From an uncultured Rickettsiales bacterium (GTDB lineage: Bacteria; Pseudomonadota; Alphaproteobacteria; Rickettsiales; SXRF01), in assembly GCA_964405685.1 (NCBI GenBank), contig CAYOOP010000005.1, positions 108,713-172,712 of the forward strand: DNA of 64,000 bases, read 5' to 3'. A program made the position numbers and the translations under genes. Each line of letters begins with the position of its first letter. The first letter of the stretch is position 1. This document shows, one piece after another, positions 16,088 through 24,676 of the stretch. Under the pieces are notes generated by a model. It saw only the letters and a program-made list of their open reading frames with translations. It did not search any database and was not told the DNA's origin.

Positions 16088-19000
16088 TTAACCCACGGCG
16101 GCGGTTAACTGTCCTATAAACGGCTTAAGCTTCGGTACAATCTTCGTTTTATCCTCAAAATCCTCCATATAAACCAGCGATTGGTCGGGCTTCAACTTCA
16201 GGCGGGTGGGGTGTTTCCCGATGAAGGTAATGAGTTTTTCCACTTCGCGTACCGCGCGCTCTTTGAAGCTAATCACCGCGCCTTTCGGGCCGACATCGAG
16301 CCGTGCAATGGCGGCTTTGAAGCAGAGTTGTTTGAGGAGGACGGTGGAAAGCAGGTTTTCGACTTCTTCGGGAAGCGGGCCAAAACGGTCGATGAATTCG
16401 GCGTGAAGTGCTTCCACCTCCTCTTCCGTTTTCATGCTGGCGGCGCGTTTGTAGAGGCCCATCCGTAATTCTAAATCCGCCACGTAGGTTTCGGGGATCA
16501 AGACCGGAATGCCAAGGTTGATTTGGGGAGACCACTCCTGCACACGCACTTCTGCTTCGCCGCTGTGCTTGAGTGCGGCAATCGCCTCTTCCAACATATG
16601 TTGATAAAGCTCGACACCGACTTCGCGAATATGGCCGGATTGTTCTTCGCCGACGAGATTTCCAAATCCGCGGATGTCCATGTCGTGGCTGGCAAGCGTG
16701 AATCCGGCGCCTAGGCGGTCAAGCGTTTGCATGACTTCGAGACGGCGCACCGCTTGGTGGGTGATGGTTTGCGGGGGGATAATAAAATACGCATACGCCC
16801 GCTGCTTGCCGCGACCGACACGGCCGCGCATTTGGTAGAGCTGGCCGAGGCCAAAACGATCGGCGCGGTTGATAATAATCGTGTTGGCGGTTTGTACATC
16901 AAGGCCAGATTCGATGATGGAGGTGGAAATCAGCACGTCGACCTCGCCGTCGTAAAACTTCGTCATGATGGATTCGAGTTCGCTTGGGCTCATCTGTCCG
17001 TGCGCGAGCGCGAAGGAAAGTTCGGGCGTAAGCTCGCGCATTTGCTTGTACAAATCATCCATATCGGCGATGCGCGGGGTGACGATGAAGCTGCGGCCGC
17101 CGCGGTGTTTTTCGCGCATCAACGCTTCGCGGATGATGACGGGGTCAAACGGCATGACGAAGCTGCGGATGGCGAGGCGATCAATGGGTGGTGTCGTAAT
17201 CAAACTCAAATCGCGCACGCCGGAGAGGGCGAGTTGCAGCGTGCGCGGAATGGGCGTTGCCGTAAGTGTCAGCACGTGCACGTCGGTTTTCAATTCCTTC
17301 AAACGCTCTTTTTGTTTCACGCCGAAATGCTGTTCTTCATCGACTATCACGAGGCCGAGGTTTTTGAACTCAATGCCTTTGGCAAGCAGTGCATGTGTGC
17401 CGATGACGATGTCGATGGTGCCATCAGCAATGCCTTCTTTCGTGGCTTTTTGAGTGTTAGCATCTACTAGCCGTGAAAGCTGGCTGACGCGAATGGGGAA
17501 ATCGGCGAAGCGATTTTTAAACAGAGTATAATGCTGGCGTGCGAGGAGACTCGTGGGGACGATAATCGCCACTTGGCGATTAGTTGTCAGTTGACAGTTG
17601 TCAGTTGACAGGAACGCTTCACTGTCAACTGGTAACTGGTGACTGGTAACTACCGCGAAAGCGGCGCGCAGTGCCACTTCGGTTTTGCCGAAGCCGACGT
17701 CGCCGCAGACCAGACGGTCCATAGGTTTGCCGCTGTTTAAGTCGGCAAGCACATCGTCAATGGCACGTGCCTGATCTTCCGTTTCGGCAAAGCCGAAGCC
17801 ACGTGAAAATTCTTCAAGCGTGCCGCTTTCGGCGTGGATGCGTGCACCTGCTTTGAGCGCGCGCTGCGCGGCGGTTTTGATGAGTGCTTCAGCTGCAAGC
17901 TGGATGCGCTCTTTCATACGCGATTTACGCATTTGCCACTGCGCGGCACCGAGTTTATCGAGCGCTACACCTTCGGTTTCCGAGCCGAAGTGCGACAGCA
18001 CATCCATGTTCTCTACGGGTACAAAAAGCTTATCGTCATTATCGTAAATGATTTTCAGGCAATCATGTGCTGCGCCGAGCACGTTCAGTGTTTCCAGTGT
18101 TTCAAACCGGCCGATGCCGTGTTCGCGATGTACCACCAATTCGCCGTATGCGAACTGCGCGGCTTCTTGCAAAAAGACATCGGTTTTCTTTTTGCTTTTG
18201 CGATCTGCAATCCGCACGCCGAGCAACTCGGTTTCGGTCAAGATGGTAAAATCAGGTGTAGCAAAACCTTTCGCCAGCGGTAGATGCGCAACGCCAACGC
18301 CGTGTTCAGGAATGCTTTCAAGATTGTGGAGATGATGCAGATTAATCGCGTCAATCCCCTCAATACGCAAGCGCTCACGCAGGCGATCCGCCGAGCCGCG
18401 CGTGGCGGCGGCGAGGATGGTAGGGGTCGCTGAAAGCCTCTGTTTCAGGGCGGCGTAGGGGTTGGAATCAGTGATGGCGAGCACGGCTTGTGTGCGTAGG
18501 GATGTTTTGCCTTCGAAGGGGGTAAGCGTCACGCTTTCGTGTGCAGCGAGTTCGCTTTCGCTTAGGTAAAATGCTGCAGGTGGTAGCGGATGATAAGGGC
18601 TGGCGTGGGGAAGCTTGTCGGTGCGCAAACGTGCATCGTAATAATCCTGAATCAAGGCTTCGCGTTCGGCGAGGATATCAGCGGTGGTGGGCGCCCACAC
18701 GAGTGTTGCGCCGGGTGCGTAGTCTGGCAAGGTGGCGGTGGTTTCGTAGAAGAGAGGGAGAAAAAATTCGAGGCCGGGGATGCGCGCGCCGCTCGAGATT
18801 GCTTCATACATCGCACTCCCTTGTTGCTGCGCGCCGAAGTGTTCGCGGTAGCGTGTGCGAAAGCATTCGATGCTGTCTTGCGTCAGCCAGATTTCGCTCG
18901 CGGCTTCTAAAAATAAACTATCCGCATCGGCAAGGCTACGCTGGGTGAAGGGGTCAAACCGGCGAATGGTTTCGATGGTGTTGCCGAAGAGATCGAGGCG

Positions 19001-19507
19001 AAATCCCTGCTCTTCGCCGCTCGGGATAATATCGATCATGCTGCCGCGCAGCGCGTATTCTCCGGGCTCCATCGCTTTACCGGAGCGGCGATAGCCAGCG
19101 TTTTCCAGAAATTGTACGAAGGCTTCGTGGTTGATAGTTTCATTTTTTTTGAGGTTAAAACGCGTGGTGCCGGCCACGTCTTTCGGCATCACACGCTGGG
19201 TGATGGCGGCGACAGTGGTGAGGATGATCGGCGCGTCAACGCTTTTAGCAAGTGCGTGTAGCGTGTGAATGCGCTGGCTCACAATCGTGGGATTAGGCGA
19301 GGCGCGGTCATACGGTAGCGTATCCCACGCAGGAAAATGTAGGACGCTTCGGCCTTTAATAAAAAAGGGCAGGGCGGCGGATGCTTGCGACAACTCGCGA
19401 TCGTTTGTGCAGATGTAGATGAGCGCTTTTTTGGGTGATGCTTCCGCGACCGTAGCAAGAGCATAAACGCCTGCGCCTTCTGCGACTCCGCCTACGAGCC
19501 TGTTCAT
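16088..19507 (-). CDS. mfd: Transcription-repair coupling factor with an in-frame palindromic insertion
   Basis: 1139 aa with GDVGFGKTEVALRAAF (Walker A), DEEQHFGV, LTLTATPIPRTL and QLYQMRGRVGRG motifs. An extra 24 aa lies between Walker A and VAIIVPT. Confidence 0.9.
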   Translation of the reverse strand: MNRLVGGVAEGAGVYALATVAEASPKKALIYICTNDRELSQASAALPFFIKGRSVLHFPAWDTLPYDRASPNPTIVSQRIHTLHALAKSVDAPIILTTVAAITQRVMPKDVAGTTRFNLKKNETINHEAFVQFLENAGYRRSGKAMEPGEYALRGSMIDIIPSGEEQGFRLDLFGNTIETIRRFDPFTQRSLADADSLFLEAASEIWLTQDSIECFRTRYREHFGAQQQGSAMYEAISSGARIPGLEFFLPLFYETTATLPDYAPGATLVWAPTTADILAEREALIQDYYDARLRTDKLPHASPYHPLPPAAFYLSESELAAHESVTLTPFEGKTSLRTQAVLAITDSNPYAALKQRLSATPTILAAATRGSADRLRERLRIEGIDAINLHHLHNLESIPEHGVGVAHLPLAKGFATPDFTILTETELLGVRIADRKSKKKTDVFLQEAAQFAYGELVVHREHGIGRFETLETLNVLGAAHDCLKIIYDNDDKLFVPVENMDVLSHFGSETEGVALDKLGAAQWQMRKSRMKERIQLAAEALIKTAAQRALKAGARIHAESGTLEEFSRGFGFAETEDQARAIDDVLADLNSGKPMDRLVCGDVGFGKTEVALRAAFAVVTSHQLPVDSEAFLSTDNCQLTTNRQVAIIVPTSLLARQHYTLFKNRFADFPIRVSQLSRLVDANTQKATKEGIADGTIDIVIGTHALLAKGIEFKNLGLVIVDEEQHFGVKQKERLKELKTDVHVLTLTATPIPRTLQLALSGVRDLSLITTPPIDRLAIRSFVMPFDPVIIREALMREKHRGGRSFIVTPRIADMDDLYKQMRELTPELSFALAHGQMSPSELESIMTKFYDGEVDVLISTSIIESGLDVQTANTIIINRADRFGLGQLYQMRGRVGRGKQRAYAYFIIPPQTITHQAVRRLEVMQTLDRLGAGFTLASHDMDIRGFGNLVGEEQSGHIREVGVELYQHMLEEAIAALKHSGEAEVRVQEWSPQINLGIPVLIPETYVADLELRMGLYKRAASMKTEEEVEALHAEFIDRFGPLPEEVENLLSTVLLKQLCFKAAIARLDVGPKGAVISFKERAVREVEKLITFIGKHPTRLKLKPDQSLVYMEDFEDKTKIVPKLKPFIGQLTAAVG
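17581..17652. repeat. 72-bp heptamer-built palindrome inside mfd (in frame)
   Basis: Arms TAGTTGTCAGTTGACAGTTGTCAGTTGACAG and CTGTCAACTGGTAACTGGTGACTGGTAACTA flank the loop GAACGCTTCA. Each arm is a run of 7-bp units. Confidence 0.8.
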
Positions 19508-19625
19508 AATCTTACTCCAGCTTGCTGCAAACGGTATTTTCTGCGCTTCCGTTGCTCATGTAGTGAACACTACACTCCGCTACGGTTCTCGAAAATACCG
19601 TTTTCGCTAGCGCCGGAATAAGATT
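19508..19625. repeat. MITE-like palindromic element, family G, abutting the mfd start codon
   Basis: Arms aatcttactccagcttgctgcaaacggtattttc (19508-19541) and gaaaataccgttttcgctagcgccggaataagatt (19591-19625). Confidence 0.7.
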
Positions 19626-19645
19626 CTGAGCAGGCTCTAACGTTG

Positions 19646-19909
19646 TCATTTCGTGGCCTGCAGCCGTTTAATCAGCGGAGCGTATTTCTCGGGGAGGACT
19701 TGGGAGTTGGGGTTGCTGACAGCTTCCCAAATGTCCCAGTCCTGCTCGTCTAGAAGTTCCTCAAACAGGTCGAGTTCTGCGGGATTTAGGTTGGCAAGGT
19801 GGCTTTCTGCAAAGCGGCCGAGGACAATGTCCGTCTCCTTGCAACCGCGGTGGAGACTGCGGAACAAAATTTTCTTGCGTCTGACGTCGTCTATTAACGG
19901 ATTATTCAT
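19646..19909 (-). CDS. sdhE: Succinate dehydrogenase flavinylation factor (SdhE/SDHAF2, DUF339)
   Basis: Track ORF 19646..19945. From MNNPL it has RKKILFRSLHRGCKETDIVLGRF and ELLDEQDWDIW, characteristic of SdhE. Confidence 0.7.
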   Translation of the reverse strand: MNNPLIDDVRRKKILFRSLHRGCKETDIVLGRFAESHLANLNPAELDLFEELLDEQDWDIWEAVSNPNSQVLPEKYAPLIKRLQATK

Positions 19910-19947
19910 GCTATGTTGGGTAGACTTAATCCAAAGGGAAATCAAGC

Positions 19948-20856
19948 ATGTTCCTCGGTTATAGAAGCAACGATGCGACGATCACCATTACGCAGGATAA
20001 TGCGCGGAAGGTGGTGCGTATTCATGAGATTAACCCCGCGGCTGAAGACGTGCTTGGGTTTAAAAACGATGAAATCGCCGGCCAGCCGCTGGTATTTCTG
20101 CTGCCGGAGCGTATCGGCAATTTGCTCGAAGAATATGTGGAATACGACCACGACGGCAACGATGTGGGCGCGGTGCTCAGTAAGGTGCAGAGTTTTTGCC
20201 TTACCAGCAAGCAGCGCAGCGAGCTTGCCTTTCGCTTGAAAGTATTGCGTGCAACGCCGATTAATGGCTGCGATCAATTCAAATTGATTTTGCATGATAC
20301 GCAGTCGGGCCGTCGCACCGAAGCGTTCCGTGCGCTGCTCAGGGAAAATTTCAAAGGCCATGAGGTGCTCGATATCAAGACCGGCCTGCCGGACCGCGCA
20401 TCCATTGTGAAGGACACGGAATTTGTCCTGTTTTATGTGGGTAAGGGCGAGCTGAAGGCCAGCATGGCAGTGCTTGAGATCAATGATTTTGAGGTGCTGG
20501 TGCGTGAGCACAGCGAGGCGGACATGATGGCGGCGATTCGCCACGCGAGCAGCATCATCCGCCGTAATTTACGGACCGATGACGTCATTGGATATCTGGC
20601 GCCGAAGCGTTTAGGTGTGATTTTGTTTGATACCACCGCTGAGTCCTCTCTTATGGTGCTCAATCGCCTGCGCTGGCTCATTGCGGCGGATGCCTATGTG
20701 GGTGCGGATAAAAAACCTCTGCCGCTCACCGTCAGCATCGGCTACGCACAGATGAACAGCGATACCGGCAAAACGATTTTGCGTAGCGTTGAAGATTATT
20801 TGGACACCAATCCTGTGCAAGGCAACACCGTGCACGAAGTGACGATGGTAGCGTAA
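19948..20856 (+). CDS. PAS-like plus degenerate GGDEF domain protein
   Basis: 302 aa. DIKTGLPDR and LEINDF match GGDEF-domain landmarks, but the GGDEF position reads YLAPKRLGVIL. Confidence 0.6.
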   Translation: MFLGYRSNDATITITQDNARKVVRIHEINPAAEDVLGFKNDEIAGQPLVFLLPERIGNLLEEYVEYDHDGNDVGAVLSKVQSFCLTSKQRSELAFRLKVLRATPINGCDQFKLILHDTQSGRRTEAFRALLRENFKGHEVLDIKTGLPDRASIVKDTEFVLFYVGKGELKASMAVLEINDFEVLVREHSEADMMAAIRHASSIIRRNLRTDDVIGYLAPKRLGVILFDTTAESSLMVLNRLRWLIAADAYVGADKKPLPLTVSIGYAQMNSDTGKTILRSVEDYLDTNPVQGNTVHEVTMVA

Positions 20857-20880
20857 TTCTTTTAAGATCGCTAGGTTTCT

Positions 20881-21462
20881 ATGCAATGGCATTGGCACGA
20901 GTGGCCGTCTCTTCTCCATCATCTGCCGCATTCGGTGACGGATTTGCTGCACCGCGAGGATAAGCAGCTGGTGGATGTAGGTATTGGCGGGTTTACAGTT
21001 GCCGTTCCCAAAGAAGACCAAAAGCACAAATTGATCATTCCCGAAGCGCCGGACATTGTGGCGATTGAAAAGGCGATAGACCCTGCGGTTGCGCGCTCGC
21101 AGCAAAACATGGAGCTTTTAATCCATGATTATCTGCATACCCTGCCGGTGTATGTGCCGAGCAGCAAAGCGGCAGAGCAATTGCTCGAGCACTGGCGTAA
21201 GATTATGCTGGAACAACCCCAGCGCATCGCTGAGGCAAAGGAAGCGTTTTGGAACAGCGAAAAGGCCAAAGCGTACTGGCAAGAGCGGCTGAAACATATC
21301 CACCCCGACCATATCGTCTATCAGGGGGATTGGGAACTGGCCGCCGGCACACCCGTGCCACCGCCTGAAATTCAAAGCGCCATGCAGCAGAAAAAATGGC
21401 AGGATCTGGTGATCCGCCAACGGCTTTCCGCGGTGACGGAGTATTTCAATCGTACGCGGTGA
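20881..21462 (+). CDS. Hypothetical protein (193 aa)
   Basis: ORF only. No motif recognised. Confidence 0.4.
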   Translation: MQWHWHEWPSLLHHLPHSVTDLLHREDKQLVDVGIGGFTVAVPKEDQKHKLIIPEAPDIVAIEKAIDPAVARSQQNMELLIHDYLHTLPVYVPSSKAAEQLLEHWRKIMLEQPQRIAEAKEAFWNSEKAKAYWQERLKHIHPDHIVYQGDWELAAGTPVPPPEIQSAMQQKKWQDLVIRQRLSAVTEYFNRTR

Positions 21463-21464
21463 AG

Positions 21465-22943
21465 TTATTTGGTAGGACAGTTCGTGATTCTATTGGTGAA
21501 TACACCGCGACATTGATCTTGAAGCCATGGCTGCATTTCCGGCATTTCGGCTTCGATGATGTCTTTTAGTGTTCCTACTTCAGCTACGCCTCTCAAATAA
21601 TCCTTAGCCTCATATGTACCTTGCGCGTGATCCAGAATACTACCTATCATAAGCAGGAGTAGGCCAGGATTGGTAACATTTTTCTCGATAATAAATTCAC
21701 GAGCCTCTGGATGATCGCGCCAGAATTGAATGTTGTTTTGTTGGCGTCTCCCATCGATTTCCTTGGCTGCTGATGTAATAGGGGATTTGGTCTCGGCATC
21801 GAAGGTTCCGTTGACTCCTAGCATTCTTGCGGTATTGATGACATTGGCCTTTGACAGTAATCGTGCGGCAATTTCATGATGCAGGTGGGCCTTGTCTAAT
21901 ACGACGTCTAAATTATGCCCCGCATAGGCGCGTGACCCTCTTTTGGTGAGTTTGGTAACGCCACGCGTGAGGATGTCAGACACCTTGTCATTAGTGCTGG
22001 TTGCGCGCAGTGCTGCTAATGCGTCTATCTCTGCTTGGATCGTGGTTTTTAGAGTGCTGTCGCTTCGTACATCAAGCGAGGCAGCTAGTGTTCTAATGGT
22101 GTTTGTAAGGAGAACGGCATCCGTATTGGGTGATTTCTCTAGCCTTTTAAGGCCGCTTTCTAATTCACTAATATCCGCTGCTTCAGGTCTACGCGCGTCT
22201 CTCAGATGTCTTTCAGCCAACTCAACTTTTTGAGTAGCATCGTTCACTTGACGAGTTTCTTCGATCGCGGCTTCTTCAGCTAAGGCGGCTTCCTGTTTTA
22301 GGCGACGCTTCTGCTCTTTTTTACGGCGCGGATCTGGTACGTAACATACGTTGTCATGGGTGCCAATATCTGTTCGGATTGGTGGTAACCCTTGATGGGT
22401 GCCAATTAAGGTTAGCAATTCCATATGTCTTGGAATCGCGCTAACAGTAAGAGTGCGGTTTTTAGGCATAATAACTAAGGTGTGTCTTGTGGTGGGGCCT
22501 GCAAATGCCATTAAGGATGCTCGTTCATCATATGCCCCATCTTTTTTGCAGAGGTATTGTTGTAGCACTTCCATTAAAGCAAACTTGGCGTTTTGCACAC
22601 TATTGTTTAGGCCGGAGCCTGTATTTTGGAAGGTGATGCTTACGCGATTGGGCACTCCACCACTACCGGGTTGGTAGCGATAACCATCCCTTTGCATCAG
22701 CTGTTCCAGATTCGCACGTTCTGTACCTGCTAAAAGATCAGGATAGTGGTTCACGTAGGACATAGCCCCAGCAAATGCTTTTGCGTGGTCTTCATCCAGC
22801 ACGTCTTGGGTAATAGTCACGCCTTTAATGTTGTCAGCGCCAGGTTGAGAACCAAGCGGTTCCAGAATTTTTATGACTTGATTGATGATTGCAATGCGCC
22901 CACCTGGTGACTCATCTGCCATTTCAATGTTTGGGAGTTTCAT
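21465..22943 (-). CDS. Large hypothetical protein (492 aa) with a charged central helical segment
   Basis: Appears AT-richer than its flanks. Central segment RRKKEQKRRLKQEAALAEEAAIEETRQVNDATQKVELAERHLRDARR. No signal peptide or known motif recognised. Confidence 0.55.
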   Translation of the reverse strand: MKLPNIEMADESPGGRIAIINQVIKILEPLGSQPGADNIKGVTITQDVLDEDHAKAFAGAMSYVNHYPDLLAGTERANLEQLMQRDGYRYQPGSGGVPNRVSITFQNTGSGLNNSVQNAKFALMEVLQQYLCKKDGAYDERASLMAFAGPTTRHTLVIMPKNRTLTVSAIPRHMELLTLIGTHQGLPPIRTDIGTHDNVCYVPDPRRKKEQKRRLKQEAALAEEAAIEETRQVNDATQKVELAERHLRDARRPEAADISELESGLKRLEKSPNTDAVLLTNTIRTLAASLDVRSDSTLKTTIQAEIDALAALRATSTNDKVSDILTRGVTKLTKRGSRAYAGHNLDVVLDKAHLHHEIAARLLSKANVINTARMLGVNGTFDAETKSPITSAAKEIDGRRQQNNIQFWRDHPEAREFIIEKNVTNPGLLLLMIGSILDHAQGTYEAKDYLRGVAEVGTLKDIIEAEMPEMQPWLQDQCRGVFTNRITNCPTK

Positions 22944-23095
22944 AGGCCGTTTTGTGCTTGGTTCAACAAGGGAACATAATACACATTAATTATTAAAAAT
23001 AAACCAATAAAGCCGCTTTTAGGCAAAGTGATATCGCATTAACCATTTACTAACCTTAGCTTGGTATGATAATTGCATGAATAGGGAGAACGGGC

Positions 23096-24556
23096 ATGCA
23101 ACAAAGCTTACAGCTTAGGCAATCCAACCAGTTGGTGATGACCCAGCAGTTACAACAGTCGATCAAGCTGTTGCAACTGAATTCTTTGGAACTGAGCGCT
23201 TTTATTGCGCTGGAATGCGAAAGAAACCCCTTTTTACAAGCCGAAGACCCCGAGCACGAAGCGTCGGACGCTCCGGAAGAGCGCGTAGAAACTCCCGAAT
23301 CACAGGATGAAGGTGAGCCAGAAGCGGCGATTGAAGAACCGCCTGCGCAGGAATTTGAGGGTGATAGTTTTGATGCGTCGGGCGCGTATGATTATACGCC
23401 GAGCGAGCGCATCACCATTGTTGCGCGCAATAAAGACGGCGACGTGTTTGAGGATGAGGACGCGCAGGGAAAAGAGGTCACGCTGCACGAACATCTGATG
23501 ACGCAGCTTGGCGTTGCCGTCACGGACCCGATTTACCGCGCCATCGGCGAGCGTTTGATCGATGCGGTGGATGAGGCCGGTTACATCAAGGATGATTTGG
23601 GCGAGCTTGCGGAGCAACTCGGCACGAGCTTGCAGATGGTGGAAGAGGTGCTTGCGACGGTTCAGAAATTTGACCCGGCGGGTGTGGGCGCGCGCAATCT
23701 TGCGGAATGTTTGACGTTGCAACTCATCGAGCAAAACCGGCTGGACCCGGCGATGCAGAGCTTGCTTGCGAATTTGGATTTGATTGGTAAGGGCCAGCTT
23801 GCACAGCTTCAGCGCAAATGTGGTGTGGATGAGGACGATTTTAAAGAAATGATCGCGGAGATTCGTGCGCTGAACCCGAAACCGGGGTTGGTTTACGAGC
23901 ACGAAACCACGCAGACGGTGGAGCCGGATGTCATTGTCAAACGCGACAACACCGGCAAATGGCGGGTGGAACTGGCGCAAAGCGCGATGCCGCGCGTGCT
24001 GGTGAACCGTCAATACATCGCCGAAATTGGTTCCAAAGCGCAAGGCGCGGATAAAAAATTCATCACCGAAAATATTGGCAATGCGAATTGGTTAGTGAAA
24101 GCACTGGATCAGCGCGCGAATACGATTTTGAAAGTGGCAACCGAGCTGGTCGCCGAACAGGAGGGGTTCTTCCGCCTCGGCATCCACTATTTAAAGCCGC
24201 TGACGCTCAAAGACATCGCCGCTGCCACCGGCTTCCACGAAAGCACCGTCAGCCGCGTGACGACGAATAAATACATGATGACGCCCAGAGGCCTCTTCGA
24301 GCTCAAATATTTCTTCACCTCCAGCGTCTCCCACGCGCGCGGCGGGGACGATGTGTCGAGTGAAACGGTCAAACACATGATCCGCGAATTGATTGAAGCT
24401 GAAGTATCTACCAAACCCTTATCCGATGACGACATCGCCGAAAAACTCGGGCAAAAAGGCGTCACCGTCGCCCGCCGCACGGTGGCCAAATACCGCGAAG
24501 CATTGCATATTCCTTCGTCTACGCATCGCAAGCGCTTGAACGCGGCGAGGGGCTGA
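23096..24556 (+). CDS. rpoN: RNA polymerase sigma-54 factor
   Basis: 486 aa with an N-terminal Q/L-rich region, an acidic linker and the C-terminal RpoN box ARRTVAKYRE. Confidence 0.9.
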   Translation: MQQSLQLRQSNQLVMTQQLQQSIKLLQLNSLELSAFIALECERNPFLQAEDPEHEASDAPEERVETPESQDEGEPEAAIEEPPAQEFEGDSFDASGAYDYTPSERITIVARNKDGDVFEDEDAQGKEVTLHEHLMTQLGVAVTDPIYRAIGERLIDAVDEAGYIKDDLGELAEQLGTSLQMVEEVLATVQKFDPAGVGARNLAECLTLQLIEQNRLDPAMQSLLANLDLIGKGQLAQLQRKCGVDEDDFKEMIAEIRALNPKPGLVYEHETTQTVEPDVIVKRDNTGKWRVELAQSAMPRVLVNRQYIAEIGSKAQGADKKFITENIGNANWLVKALDQRANTILKVATELVAEQEGFFRLGIHYLKPLTLKDIAAATGFHESTVSRVTTNKYMMTPRGLFELKYFFTSSVSHARGGDDVSSETVKHMIRELIEAEVSTKPLSDDDIAEKLGQKGVTVARRTVAKYREALHIPSSTHRKRLNAARG

Positions 24557-24562
24557 ATTAAC

Positions 24563-24672
24563 CGTCATTCCCGCGAAAGCGGGAATCTAGCGTCCGCCGT
24601 CTGGCGGACAAGAAGCAACCTTTTTACGGCGTAGACACGCCTTACTGGATCCCGTCTTTCGACGGGATGACG
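24563..24672. repeat. MITE-like palindromic element, family A, copy 2
   Basis: CGTCATTCCCGCGAAAGCGGGAATC ... CCCGTCTTTCGACGGGATGACG. Fills the gap between the convergent rpoN and ispB stops. Confidence 0.75.
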
Positions 24673-24676
24673 ATAA

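Noticed and set aside
17581-17652. Possible CRISPR-like or tandem-repeat array (7-bp units)
   Set aside because: There are no spacers and only ~72 bp. The two halves are reverse complements, so this is a palindrome inside mfd, not an array.
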